From positions 41,350-105,349 of the forward strand of contig CAZACX010000001.1 in assembly GCA_964483685.1 (NCBI GenBank): a stretch of DNA of 64,000 nt, written 5' to 3'. Under the pieces are notes generated by a model. It did not search any database. It saw only the letters and a list, made by a program, of their open reading frames with translations, and was not told the DNA's origin. The position numbers were made by a program, and so were the translations under genes. The DNA is from an uncultured Intrasporangiaceae bacterium (GTDB lineage Bacteria; Actinomycetota; Actinomycetes; Actinomycetales; Dermatophilaceae). Positions 1 to 11,325 of this stretch are shown one piece after another. Numbering within the stretch: position 1 is the stretch's first letter; every line of letters begins with the position of its first letter.

Positions 1-248
1 TCGTCGGGATCGCCGGCAAACCCAGCCCGTCAACCGTCGTGGCCTGCATTGGGCCGGCGACCGCAAAGACGGCGCAGGAGCATGGGCTGCGGGTTGACGT
101 CCAGGCGCCGGTGGCGACGATCGATTCCCTCATTGATGCGCTGGCCGAGTACGGCCGCGGGGTAGCCCGGGAAGCGCGCGAAAACGGTTCGGCGGTGCTG
201 CGGCCGAGCGCACGTCGACGCGTCGCCGCCCGTCGTCGGGCCCGATGA
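1..248 (+). CDS. hemD: uroporphyrinogen-III synthase, C-terminal end (5' partial at window edge)
   Basis: Frame is open from base 3 to TGA 246-248. The sequence ...ACIGPATAKTAQEHGLRVDVQAP... resembles HemD C-termini. The stop overlaps the hemB start (ATGA). Confidence 0.6.
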   Translation, partial: VGIAGKPSPSTVVACIGPATAKTAQEHGLRVDVQAPVATIDSLIDALAEYGRGVAREARENGSAVLRPSARRRVAARRRAR

Positions 249-1243
249 ACCCGTCCGTCGGGGGCCTCGGGGCCTTCCCGGCCGTCCGGCCTCGGCGCCT
301 GCGGCAGTCGGCGGCGATGAGACGGCTCGTCGCTGAGCACCGGGTCCACCCGGCCGACCTCATCCTGCCCGTGTTCGTCCGGGAAGGGATCAGTGCCCCA
401 GTCGCGATCTCGAGCATGCCTGGCGTCGTTCAGCACACGATGGAATCCGTTGTCGCGCAGGCACATCGGTGCGCGGAGGCAGGTTTGGGGGGCATCATGC
501 TGTTTGGGGTGCCCGCCACCAAGGATGCCCAAGGCTGCGGGGGAGATGACCCCATGGGCATCCTCAACGTTGCGACGCAGGCTGTCGTCGAGGCGGTCGG
601 GGAACGCCTCGTTGTCATGACCGATTTGTGTCTCGATGAGTTCACGGACCACGGTCACTGCGGGGTGCTCGATGCGCGCGGGCGGGTCGACAACGACGCG
701 ACCCTAGAGCGGTATGCCGCGATGGCGCTCGCTCAGGCGCGCGCGGGCGCGGCGGTGCTGGGGCTGTCAGGGATGATGGACGGCCAGGTCGGGTATGTGC
801 GGGCAGCCCTCGATGAGGAGGGTTTCACCGACACCGTTCTGCTTGCCTATGCGGCGAAGTACACCTCGGGTCTCTACGGCCCATTCCGCGAGGCCGTCGC
901 GAGTTCGCTCGTCGGGGACCGCGCGGCCTACCAACAGGACCCGGCGAACGCAACGGAAGCGATCCGCGAGGTTCTCCTCGACATCGCCGAGGGTGCCGAC
1001 CTCGTCATGGTCAAACCGGCTGGTCCCCACCTCGACATCGTCGCCGCCGTCGCCCAGATCAGCCCCGTTCCCGTTGCCGCGTACCAGATTTCAGGCGAGT
1101 ACGCCCAGATCGTCGCCGCTGCGGAGCGCGGCTGGATCAACCGCGAACAGGTCATGCTCGAGTCGCTGCTGCACATCCGTCGGGCCGGGGCGCAGCTGAT
1201 CCTCACTTACTTTGCCCTTGAGGCGGCCGCCTTGCTCGGGTGA
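245..1243 (+). CDS. hemB: porphobilinogen synthase (delta-aminolevulinate dehydratase)
   Basis: 332 aa. N-terminal RPRRLRQSAAMRRLV..ADLILPVFVREG and the Schiff-base lysine context DLVMVKPA are typical of HemB. Confidence 0.95.
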   Translation: MNPSVGGLGAFPAVRPRRLRQSAAMRRLVAEHRVHPADLILPVFVREGISAPVAISSMPGVVQHTMESVVAQAHRCAEAGLGGIMLFGVPATKDAQGCGGDDPMGILNVATQAVVEAVGERLVVMTDLCLDEFTDHGHCGVLDARGRVDNDATLERYAAMALAQARAGAAVLGLSGMMDGQVGYVRAALDEEGFTDTVLLAYAAKYTSGLYGPFREAVASSLVGDRAAYQQDPANATEAIREVLLDIAEGADLVMVKPAGPHLDIVAAVAQISPVPVAAYQISGEYAQIVAAAERGWINREQVMLESLLHIRRAGAQLILTYFALEAAALLG

Positions 1244-1331
1244 GCCGAGCCGCCGAACGCCGGACCCACGCGAGGGGGAGCCGCCGAGCGCGGAGCCACC
1301 GGAGGGGGAGCCGCCGAGTGGGGAGCTCCGC
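1242..1331. repeat. three imperfect 30-bp tandem units (GAGGGGGAGCCGCCGAG-type) in the hemB/yceI convergent spacer
   Basis: Hand alignment gives units 1242-1271, 1272-1301 and 1302-1331. Units 2 and 3 are nearly identical. Confidence 0.6.
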
Positions 1332-1372
1332 GCGCCCGCCCCCGTGGGGAGCCCGGCCCCGCCACCGCGGAG

Positions 1373-1414
1373 AGCTCGGCGCGCCCGCCCCCCGCGGGTC
1401 GGTCGCGCCGAGCT
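1373..1414. terminator. GC-rich hairpin between convergent hemB and yceI-like genes
   Basis: AGCTCGGCGCG (1373-1383) pairs with CGCGCCGAGCT (1404-1414) as an 11-bp stem. The loop contains a nested CCCGC/GCGGG pairing. Confidence 0.45.
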
Positions 1415-1424
1415 GCCTCGGGAA

Positions 1425-1955
1425 TCAGGCCTTGGCGAGTTGGACGTCGAGCAGGAGCTTGATCTTGTCGCTGACGAGGACGCCGCCACCCTCGAGGGCC
1501 GTGTTCCAGGTCAGGTCCCAGTCCTTGCGGCTGACCTCGGCCTTGGCCTCGAAGCCGGCCTTCGTGTTCCCCCACGGGTCGGTGGCGACACCGTTGAACT
1601 CGACCTCGAAGGTCACCGGCTTCGTCACGCCCTTGATGGTGAGGTCGCCGGTGAGGTCTTCGCCGTCAAACGACGTCGCGACGAACGTCATCGTCGGGTG
1701 GTTGTCGACGTCGAAAAAGTCGGCGCTCTTGAGGTGGCCGTCGCGGTCGGCGTTGCGGGTGTCCACGGACGCCATAGCGACCGTGACGTTGACGGTGGAG
1801 GCGGTCACGTCGGAGGCGACCTCGACCGTGCCGGTGACGTCGGCAAAGCGGCCGCGCACCTTGGACACCATGAGGTGACGGGCAACGAAGCCAACCTCGG
1901 TGTGGCTGGCGTCCACGGTCCAGGTGCCAGCGGGCAGGTTCTTGATTGAGGACAT
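1425..1955 (-). CDS. YceI family polyisoprenoid-binding protein
   Basis: MSSIKNLPAGTWTVDASHTEVGFVARHLMVSKVRGRF is YceI-like. I chose ATG 1955 because AAGGAG lies 8-13 nt upstream. The ORF track extends to 2018. Confidence 0.85.
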   Translation of the reverse strand: MSSIKNLPAGTWTVDASHTEVGFVARHLMVSKVRGRFADVTGTVEVASDVTASTVNVTVAMASVDTRNADRDGHLKSADFFDVDNHPTMTFVATSFDGEDLTGDLTIKGVTKPVTFEVEFNGVATDPWGNTKAGFEAKAEVSRKDWDLTWNTALEGGGVLVSDKIKLLLDVQLAKA

Positions 1956-2037
1956 GGCGAACTCCTTGAGGCTGATGGGATCGGACCCCCAGGAGGTCCG
2001 CTCGAGTGCTTTCGTCAACCACCAGACTGCGATTGAT

Positions 2038-2072
2038 ATTTCAACAATAGTGAAATGTGAGTGAGGTCACAT
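2038..2072. promoter_or_regulatory. AT-rich inverted repeats in the yceI/marR divergent spacer (candidate MarR operator)
   Basis: ATTTCA-N7-TGAAAT (2038-2056) overlaps ATGTGA-N6-TCACAT (2055-2072). This is the lowest-GC patch between the two divergent genes. Confidence 0.35.
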
Positions 2073-2233
2073 CGAGGGATTGGCCACAGTTGGGCGCGCT
2101 CGCTGCGTCGCAGGGTGCCCTTACTTCCGCACTAACTGCCTAACGTCGCAGGTCAGGTACGCCGCGCCGCCCGCCTGACGCTGCCATTGGCAGTGAGTCC
2201 AACTGCCCCTTTACGGCCGAAGACTGACAGACT

Positions 2234-2743
2234 GTGGCGATGGCTCCCGACTCCGTGCCAACCACGCGCTGGCTCACCGCCGAGGAGCAGCATGCCTGGC
2301 GGGCCTATCTGCGCGGGAGTCGACTCCTTGAGTGCGCCCTCGATCGGGACCTCTCCGAGCATGGCAGCCAGCTCTCCGAGTACGAGGTGCTGAGCATGCT
2401 TTCGGAGGCGCCCGAGGGTCGACTGCGGATGTCCGCGCTCGCCGACCTCGTCATCCAAAGCCGCAGTCGGATCACCCATACCGCTGCCCGGCTCGAGCGG
2501 CGTGGCCTCGTGCGGCGCGAATCTTGCCTCGCGGACCGGCGTGGGGTCGAGCTCGTCCTCACCCCCACCGGGGGCGCGGTCGTTACCGAGATGGCCGCGG
2601 CCCACGTCGAGTCGGTTCGGACCCATCTCATCGAGGCGATTAGCCCGGAAGATTTCGCCGCCCTCGGCCGAGTTATGCAGAAGGTGCGCGACGCCCTCGC
2701 GAAGGACGGGCAGGCCTCAGACGCAGCCCGCTCGGCTCCCTGA
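2234..2743 (+). CDS. MarR family transcriptional regulator
   Basis: 169 aa. The winged-helix core LSEYEVLSMLSEAP..LRMSALADLV..SRSRITHTAARLERRGLVRRE..DRRGV is MarR-like. Confidence 0.85.
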   Translation: MAMAPDSVPTTRWLTAEEQHAWRAYLRGSRLLECALDRDLSEHGSQLSEYEVLSMLSEAPEGRLRMSALADLVIQSRSRITHTAARLERRGLVRRESCLADRRGVELVLTPTGGAVVTEMAAAHVESVRTHLIEAISPEDFAALGRVMQKVRDALAKDGQASDAARSAP

Positions 2744-2801
2744 GGCCTCCGTCGCCGCCCGCCCGGCTCCCTGAGGCCGCGTCGGCTGGGAGACTGGGGG
2801 T

Positions 2802-4178
2802 ATGCCGTCCCTGCCCTACTCTTCCGATGCCCCGGCCTCCACGGCCCTCTTTGATCGCGCCCGCCGGGTCGTCCCGGGTGGGGTCAACTCGCCGGTACGC
2901 GCCTTCCGCAGCGTGGGCGGTACCCCGCGGTTCATCGCCTCGGCCCGTGGCGCCTACCTGACAGATGTCGATGGGCGCGAGTATGTCGACCTCATCGGTT
3001 CCTGGGGCCCCATGATCCTCGGCCACGCCCGCCCCGACGTCCTGGCCGCGGTGACCGCCGCGGCACGCCACGGGTTCTCCTTCGGCACGCCGAGCGAGAA
3101 CGAGATCGCCCTCGCCGAGGAGATCGTGGCGCGGGTCGCACCCGTCGAACAGGTACGGCTCGTCTCCAGTGGAACCGAGGCGACGATGAGCGCGCTGCGC
3201 CTGGCCAGGGGGGCCACCGGCCGCAGCCGCGTCGTCAAGTTCGCCGGCTGCTACCACGGCCACGTCGACGCCCTGCTGGCCGCAGCCGGGTCCGGTGTCG
3301 CGACCTTCGGCCTGCCCGACTCCGCGGGGGTCCCCGCGAGCGCTGCCGGCGAGACGATTGTGCTGCCCTACAACGACATCCCCGCGCTGGAAGCGGCCTT
3401 CGCCAAGGACGGCGAACACATCGCCGCCGTCATCACCGAAGCCGCCGCTGGCAACATGGGGGTCGTCCCGCCCGCCCCCGGCTTCACCGAAGCACTGCTC
3501 GCCCTCACCCGCTCCCACGGCGCCCTGCTCATCAGCGACGAAGTGATGACCGGATTCCGCTGCAGCCGGGCCGGGTGGTACGGCGTGGAAAGTCCGTATG
3601 CCGCGGGCGCCCCCGACCTCTTCACCTTCGGCAAGGTGATGGGCGGCGGGTTCCCCACCGCGGCGTTCGGCGGTCGGGCCGACCTCATGGCGCACCTCGC
3701 ACCGGATGGTCCCGTGTACCAGGCGGGCACCCTCTCGGGGAACCCAGTCGCCACCGCGGCGGGGTTGGCCACCCTCCAGGGCTGCACCGACGCGGTCTAT
3801 ACCCACTTGGCCGCCACCGCTCACACCATCGCCGACGCCACCTCGGCCGCGCTGGGAGCTGCAGGCGTGCCGCATACGATCCAGTGGGCCGGGTCGATGT
3901 TCAGCGTGTTCTTCCGCGACGAGCCGGTCGCAAACTATGCCCAGGCCAAGGACCAGGACACTGCCGCATTTGCCGCGTTCTTCCACGCGATGCTCGACCG
4001 CGGGGTACACCTGCCGCCGAGCGCCTTCGAGAGTTGGTTCGTCAGCGCTGCCCACGATGACGCGGCGATCGACCGGATTCTCGACGCCCTCCCCGCCGCA
4101 GCAGCCGCGGCAGCAGCCGCAGGGGCCCCAGCAGCGCTCCCGGCCGCAGGGGCCCCAGCGGCCGCGGACACGGCGTGA
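2802..4178 (+). CDS. hemL: glutamate-1-semialdehyde 2,1-aminomutase
   Basis: 458 aa. It has [19 protein letters not shown] and the PLP-lysine context [10 protein letters not shown], plus an Ala-rich C-terminal tail. Confidence 0.95.
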   Translation: MPSLPYSSDAPASTALFDRARRVVPGGVNSPVRAFRSVGGTPRFIASARGAYLTDVDGREYVDLIGSWGPMILGHARPDVLAAVTAAARHGFSFGTPSENEIALAEEIVARVAPVEQVRLVSSGTEATMSALRLARGATGRSRVVKFAGCYHGHVDALLAAAGSGVATFGLPDSAGVPASAAGETIVLPYNDIPALEAAFAKDGEHIAAVITEAAAGNMGVVPPAPGFTEALLALTRSHGALLISDEVMTGFRCSRAGWYGVESPYAAGAPDLFTFGKVMGGGFPTAAFGGRADLMAHLAPDGPVYQAGTLSGNPVATAAGLATLQGCTDAVYTHLAATAHTIADATSAALGAAGVPHTIQWAGSMFSVFFRDEPVANYAQAKDQDTAAFAAFFHAMLDRGVHLPPSAFESWFVSAAHDDAAIDRILDALPAAAAAAAAAGAPAALPAAGAPAAADTA

Positions 4179-4203
4179 AGGTTCGTTTGCGACAATCGGC
4201 GCC

Positions 4204-4845
4204 ATGAGTCACTCCGAGACCACCGTGGTTCACGTTGTGCGCCACGGAGAGGTCTTCAACCCGGACAAGATCCTCTATGGCCGCCTCGACGGCTACCGAC
4301 TTTCCGACCTGGGTCGCGACATGGCTGGCGTCGTCGCGGACTACTTCGCGGACCACGACGTCACCACCGTCACGGCCTCCTCACTGCAGCGCGCCCAGGA
4401 GACCGCAGCGCCGATCGCCGCCGCCCATGGCGTGACGGTGCGAACGGATGACCGCGTCATCGAGGCGGCCAACTACTTCGAGGGGCGACCGGTGGCCATG
4501 GCCACGTTCCTGCACCCTCGCTCACTCCTGCAGATGTACAACGTCGCCCGGCCCTCGTGGGGCGAGCCGTACGCCGAGATCCTCGACCGGATGACACAGG
4601 CCCTCGTCGCCGCGCGTGACCTCTCCCGCGGACACGAGGCGGTTATCGTGTCCCACCAGTTGCCGATCTGGACGCTGCGTTCTCACCTTGAGGGACGCCG
4701 ACTGTGGCACTACCCGAGCCAACGCGAGTGCTCCCTCGCCTCGGTGACCTCCGTGACCTACTCTGGGGATGAGGTCACCTCGGTGTCGTATGCCGAGCCG
4801 GCCCACCACTTGCTCGCCCGCTCCAGCAAGGGCGTCGGCGCGTGA
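4204..4845 (+). CDS. histidine phosphatase family protein (phosphoglycerate-mutase-like)
   Basis: An internal ATG at 4204 gives MSHSETTVVHVVRHGEVFNPDKILYGRL, containing the RHG motif. It sits in the hem/ccs operon context. Confidence 0.8.
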   Translation: MSHSETTVVHVVRHGEVFNPDKILYGRLDGYRLSDLGRDMAGVVADYFADHDVTTVTASSLQRAQETAAPIAAAHGVTVRTDDRVIEAANYFEGRPVAMATFLHPRSLLQMYNVARPSWGEPYAEILDRMTQALVAARDLSRGHEAVIVSHQLPIWTLRSHLEGRRLWHYPSQRECSLASVTSVTYSGDEVTSVSYAEPAHHLLARSSKGVGA

Positions 4846-5444
4846 AGCGAGCCCGCCAGCTCGTCGCCACGGTTCTTGCTGCGGCGACCTTGGCGACCCT
4901 AGGGGCGTGCAGCGAAGACCCCAATTCCATTGCCGCCCAGGCGAAGTCGGGGTCGCAGAAGGGCTTCGTCTCCGGTGATGGGCGCGTCGAGACCATTCCG
5001 GCCAACCGGCGTGGCGAGCCCGTCGAGTTAACGGGGAAGCTGCTCGACGGCGCCCCGTTCTCGAGCGCATCGGTGCGTGGGAAGCCGCTGGTGATTAACG
5101 TGTGGGCCTCCTGGTGCGGCCCCTGCGCCGCCGAAGCCCCGGCCCTCAAGGAAGTCTCCGAGGACCCGACGTTCACGGAAACGGTGGCGTTCGTCGGGAT
5201 CAACCTGCGCGAACCGGCGGCGAACGGCCTTGCCCAGGTGGCCGCCTGGGGGCACACGTACCCGTCGCTGTCCGACCGCGCGGGCGCCTCCTTGCTGGCC
5301 CTGCAGGGCAAGGCCGCCGCGTTGCCATCGACCCTCGTGCTCGACCCGGAGGGCCGGATTGCGGCCCGAGTGCTCGGGCCCGTCACCGCCTCAACGTTGC
5401 GGGGCATGCTTGCGGACGTCCTCGCCGAGACTGCGACCTCGTGA
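4842..5444 (+). CDS. TlpA/ResA-like thiol-disulfide oxidoreductase, probable lipoprotein
   Basis: Contains the WASWCGPC thioredoxin motif. The N-terminus ends in the lipobox-like LATLGAC. The GTG start overlaps the upstream stop (GTGA). Confidence 0.85.
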   Translation: MKRARQLVATVLAAATLATLGACSEDPNSIAAQAKSGSQKGFVSGDGRVETIPANRRGEPVELTGKLLDGAPFSSASVRGKPLVINVWASWCGPCAAEAPALKEVSEDPTFTETVAFVGINLREPAANGLAQVAAWGHTYPSLSDRAGASLLALQGKAAALPSTLVLDPEGRIAARVLGPVTASTLRGMLADVLAETATS

Positions 5445-6282
5445 CTGTGGTGGGCCTGCCGCTGAGCGAGCTGTCCGACACGGTCGCGACCGGGGCTCTC
5501 CCGCTGGCGATCCTCGTCGCCGCTCTCGCGGGGCTCGTGTCGTTCGCCTCCCCGTGCGTGCTGCCCCTCGTGCCCGGATTCCTCGGTTACGTTGCCGGCG
5601 CCGGGCCCGGCCCGGGAACCGCGCCTGGCCCGGGAACGGGCGCCGCGCGACGAGCCACCGGCCGCGTCCCCGCTTTCGGATCGAGCCCAGCCGCCGCCGA
5701 GCCGCCGCGCAGCCGCGTCGTCCTCGGGACGCTGCTCTTCATCGCCGGATTCAGCGTCGTCTTCATCCTGAGCGCCGTCTTTATCGCCACCTTGGGGCGG
5801 GCCCTCATCGAACACCGGGTGCTCCTTATGCGCGTCGGTGGCGTGGCCGTCATCGTCATGGCGCTCGTCTTTCTCGGGGTCGGGCAGCAGCGGACGAGGA
5901 CGCCGAGCTTCCGGCCGCGTGCGGGTCTCCTCGGGGCGCCCGCACTGGGTGCCGTTTTTGGGATCGGGTGGACGCCCTGCACCGGGCCGACGCTCGGGGC
6001 GGTTCTCGCGATGGCGAGCAGCCTCGACCCAAGTGTCGGGCGCGCAGTCATCCTCGCCAGCGCCTATTGCGCCGGGCTCGGGTTGCCGTTCCTGCTCCTG
6101 GCCACCGCCTGGGATCGGGCCGGGCGGTTCAACGACTTCCTTCGCCGCCACCAGCGGTTCATCCACAGGGCCGGCGGCGTCTTGCTCCTGCTCGTCGGTC
6201 TTCTGCTCGTCACCGGATTGTGGGACACCTTGACGCTTTGGCTCCGCGTCCATGTGGTCAACGGGTTCGAGGTGATCGTCTA

Positions 6283-6283
<1 letters not shown>
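5441..6283 (+). CDS. ccdA: cytochrome c biogenesis protein CcdA (thiol-disulfide transporter)
   Basis: Starts at GTG 5441, overlapping the tlpA stop. LVSFASPCVLPLVPGF is typical of CcdA/DsbD. It is polytopic and hydrophobic. Confidence 0.85.
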
Positions 6284-7940
<1,657 letters not shown>

Positions 7941-7944
<4 letters not shown>

Positions 7945-8993
7945 ACTACGACACGCTGGCGGCCTACGCCAACATCAGCCTGTATTCCGCGATGGCGGTG
8001 TTGACCCTGTCGATGCTTTCGTATGCCGGTTACCTCGCTGGAGCGCTGCCGCAACGAGACCGGCGGCACCCAGAGACGGTGGTGGACGCGCCGACGGTCG
8101 CCGGATCACCGGTGCGGGAATACGTCGGGGCGGGCGCCCGCGGGCGGACCGCCACCGCTGGCGCACCCGGGGAGGTCATCTCGGTTCCGGGAGCCACGGG
8201 CGTGAACTTCGGTGGCCCGAACGCGACGCCGCCCGAGTTGGGTCCGAGGGCCCGCAAATCCGGCGGCGCCGCCGGGGGGTTCGCCTGGCTAGCCACAGCC
8301 CTGATCGGGGTCTCGGTGGTGCTGCGTGGCGCTGCGGTGCACCGGATGCCCCTTGGCAATCTCTTTGAGTTCGCGACGATGTCGAGCTTCTTTGTCATGC
8401 TCGGATTCTGCGTGTGGGGCACGCGACGGGACCTTCGGTGGCTTGGCATATTCGTCGTCTCCCCGGTGCTGCTGACCCTCGGTATGGCGATCACGGTGTG
8501 GTACACCGCGGCCGGCGACCTCGTGCCCTCCCTCAAGTCCTATTGGCTCATCATCCATGTGACGGTGGCGACGATCTCGGTCGCCATCTTCACGCTCGCC
8601 GCGGTCGTCAGCGCCCTCTATCTCGTCGCCGATCGGTATGAACGCGCGGGCACCCGCGCTGGACTCGCGCGGCTGTTGCCTCCGGCGAAGGACCTTGAAG
8701 GGGTCAGCTACGCGATGCTCGTGGTCGCGTTCCCACTGTGGACCTTCACCCTGATCGCGGGCGCCATTTGGGCTCGGCAGGCATGGGCCTCGTACTGGAA
8801 CTGGGATCCCAAGGAAGTGTGGACATTCATTATTTGGGTCGTCTACGCGGCGTATCTGCACGCGCGGGTGACGACGGGGATCTCGCGGCAGCGGACCGCC
8901 TGGATTTCCTTGGCCGGGTTTGCCTGCATCGTTGCGAACTATGCGATCGTCAATATGTATTTCGTGGGTCAACACAGTTACTCAGGTCTCTAG
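7941..8993 (+). CDS. ccsB: c-type cytochrome biogenesis protein CcsB/ResC (heme handling)
   Basis: ATG 7941 overlaps the resB stop (ATGA). It has the WWD-type heme-binding motif WASYWNWDPKEVW and multiple TM segments. Confidence 0.9.
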
Positions 8994-9029
8994 TCCGTCA
9001 TTCTTCCCAGTTTTAAGGTTTGTGAATTC

Positions 9030-9314
9030 ATGGTCCGCTATTCGCTGCTGCGCGTCCTCATCTTCTTTGGCTGCTTGGCGCTGCTGTGGCTCCTCGGCCT
9101 GCGGGACTCCGGCCAGCGCCCCTGGCTCGTGGTCGGTGCCGCCCTGCTGTCCATGGTGATCTCCTACTTCGCGTTGCGACCGTTTCGCGAGGAGACCGTC
9201 GCCGCGTTCGCGCAGCGGGTGGATCACCGACTTGCAGCGAAGGCCGCCGTGGTCACCGACGAGGACATCGAGGACTCGGCCCTCACCGAGGACCCCGACT
9301 CCACGTTCCGCTAA
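9030..9314 (+). CDS. small two-TM membrane protein (DUF4229-like)
   Basis: 94 aa. MVRYSLLRVLIFFGCLALLWLL plus a second hydrophobic segment and an acidic C-terminus. The family name is from memory. Confidence 0.55.
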   Translation: MVRYSLLRVLIFFGCLALLWLLGLRDSGQRPWLVVGAALLSMVISYFALRPFREETVAAFAQRVDHRLAAKAAVVTDEDIEDSALTEDPDSTFR

Positions 9315-9409
9315 CTGGGAGTGGCAACCCAGCGTCCCCGGAGCCCGAAGTGGCGCTCGAACTTGGTCGGAAGTTGCCGACTTGACTATCGAACGAAGGG
9401 AACACGCTG

Positions 9410-9763
9410 GTGGACACGCAACGTTTCACGCTCTCGCCCGATGAAGAGCGCGCGAATGAATGCCTTAACCGCTATGGGAGCCGCGTGGATCGTAGCTCCG
9501 GCGTCCTGGTGGTGCGAGGCGACTTTGACCGTCTCCAGGCCGCCTACTTAGATCCTCCGTGTCGGGCCCTCATCGCTCCTGGAGTGGCCGAGGAGATTCG
9601 ACTATTCTTTGAGGAAACTATCGATCGGGAAGTCAATGCTGGTCTGCGGGCGCGTGGCTATGATACGTCGGATGTCAGTGAATACATCCACTCGGATGAA
9701 GTTCCTAGTGAAGTCATCTCAGAATGCATTGCCGAGGCCCTGAATCCATACCGAACACTCTGA
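9410..9763 (+). CDS. hypothetical acidic protein with atypical codon usage
   Basis: 117 aa with a GTG start and GAAGGGA about 10 nt upstream. Many A/T-ending codons (gat, gaa, aat, tta, cta, agt, tca, aca) contrast with the neighbours. I recognise no family. Confidence 0.45.
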   Translation: MDTQRFTLSPDEERANECLNRYGSRVDRSSGVLVVRGDFDRLQAAYLDPPCRALIAPGVAEEIRLFFEETIDREVNAGLRARGYDTSDVSEYIHSDEVPSEVISECIAEALNPYRTL

Positions 9764-10063
9764 GTATTGCCCGGCGAACGAAGGCGTTGCGCGACCAGGA
9801 CCGGACGCGCTGGGACCAGCGCGCGATTTTGGAGGGGCTCACGGTGACGGGCCGGGGCGCCCGCGCCGCCACCCGCGCCGCCGGCGCCGAGCCCGCGCCC
9901 GGCGCAGGACGGCGGGCCTTGGATACGCATCCACCGGTGCCCTCGTCGTGTGCAGCTGGCGTGACGTCGCCGGTCGCCGCAGGCGAGAACCACCGAGCGC
10001 GTTCGTGCGACACGATGTCGAAGCCGCCTGCTTACAAGATCCTCATCCGGACCCCACTCGCAC

Positions 10064-10660
10064 CTACTCTAAAAATGTTAGAGCATGTGAATGCGCTCCC
10101 ACGATGCCGGTGGCCCCGGTGTGACTGTGGATTGCCTCAACGTCGGGGAGGGCCATGAGCAGCAGCGGGCCGTGGTCGTCGGGCAGCCAGGGTGGCCGTG
10201 TCTCGGCGACCACCCGCCAGCCGTGCCGACGGTAAAGCGCCACGGCTCGGGTGCTCTCGCTGGCCACGTCGAGCACGGGGGTGCGGTGCAGCGAACGGGC
10301 CCGGGCCACGGCGGTCGCGAGGAGTGCGCTGCCGACGCCCTGGCCGGCCGCTCTTGGGTCGACGAAGAGCACGGAGACGACGGCCAGGGCGGATGCTGGC
10401 CACCCGGTCCCTGCCGACCACCCGTCGGTCTCCCAGCCGACGTTTACGTCTGTCAGGGCGACGTGGCCCACAAGCCCGTGGTCGTCCAGCGCCACCCATC
10501 CGGCAAGCTCGGTGGTCCTGACGAGGAAGTCCTCGACCGGGAACGGGAGCGGCCAGCGGATGGGGTAGCCGCTGCCCGGTCGCTGGGCCTCGAGGATGCC
10601 GACGAGCGCCGGCAGATCGTCGGCGGTGCGCAGTCGGATCGTCGGAGGGGGAGGGCGCAC
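10064..10660 (-). CDS. GNAT family N-acetyltransferase
   Basis: 198 aa with the acetyl-CoA binding region FVDPRAAGQGVGSALL...AVALYRRHGW. Confidence 0.8.
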   Translation of the reverse strand: MRPPPPTIRLRTADDLPALVGILEAQRPGSGYPIRWPLPFPVEDFLVRTTELAGWVALDDHGLVGHVALTDVNVGWETDGWSAGTGWPASALAVVSVLFVDPRAAGQGVGSALLATAVARARSLHRTPVLDVASESTRAVALYRRHGWRVVAETRPPWLPDDHGPLLLMALPDVEAIHSHTGATGIVGAHSHALTFLE

Positions 10661-10792
10661 GCGGGGAGTCTAGAACGGAACTCGGCCATGACGGACCTGC
10701 TGACTAGTCGTCTGCTCATCAGCGTCAGCGTCCACCGATTGCCGCAACGAGGGCTGTGCTGCTTTCGCCTCGGGCTCCCCTGGGAGCCAGCT

Positions 10793-10977
10793 GTCGGGAT
10801 GGGGGAAAGGTAGCGAGAAGCTTCCGCACTTGCCGCTGTCAGCGCGGTCAAAGCCGAGATGCGTTAGGTGTCCGCGGCCGGTTCCCACAGCCAGGCCGAG
10901 TGGGCAGCTTTCGGGGGGAGGCGCCAGAATGCAGCCGTGGAGCCCCTCCCGGCGGACTCGGCAGGTGCGACTCACCC
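10793..10977. repeat. 185-bp direct repeat, copy A
   Basis: Hand alignment to 12483-12667 shows about 9 mismatches and no gaps. The flanks are unrelated on both sides. Confidence 0.85.
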
Positions 10978-11325
10978 TGGATAGGGAGACCGTGCGGGCG
11001 GCACTGGACCCTACCCTCGTCCTCCTTCGTGGGATCCGCCTCAATGAAGTCGACTGGTGGCTCCCCAACGAGCGTTATCGCGCAGCTTGTGTCGGCGAAG
11101 GTCGGTGAACCGAAGCTAAGTGGTTCAGCCCGGGAGTTCCGATGATGTTCTGGGGCGACGTCTAGACCCGAGCGGTCCACCAGCCTAGGCAGTAGCGACT
11201 GGCGAGCCCGGACACTCAACAGAAAGGGCCCCGAACACCAGCAAGGCCGTGATCACAACCGCGCAGAGGCGGCAGACGCCTGGGAAGGTCGACGGGCAAC
11301 TCGGGCTGACCGACGAGACAGCGGC

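Noticed and set aside
2673-4205. Long antisense ORFs opposite well-supported genes. Examples are 2673-4205(-), 4775-6379(-), 6292-7878(-), 34360-36930(-), 36612-38546(-), 39608-42100(-), 57067-58782(-) and 13850-15325(-).
   Set aside because: These are Arg/Gly/Pro/Asp-rich shadow ORFs typical of high-GC DNA. Each lies opposite a gene with clear family motifs, and none shows recognisable motifs of its own.
9764-10063. A 300-bp gap between the acidic orphan ORF and the GNAT gene, examined for a small gene or RNA.
   Set aside because: All frames give Ala/Gly/Arg-rich low-complexity translations. I saw no RBS-start combination, convincing hairpin or repeat.
10793-10977. Whether the 185-bp repeat is a known RNA (cobalamin riboswitch, RNase P RNA, tmRNA, SRP RNA) or a tRNA-derived att site.
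   Set aside because: I could not find the B12 box, the RNase P GAGGAAAGTCC-type core, a tmRNA or tRNA-like 3' end, or the SRP apical motif. It remains an unclassified repeat and is reported under findings.
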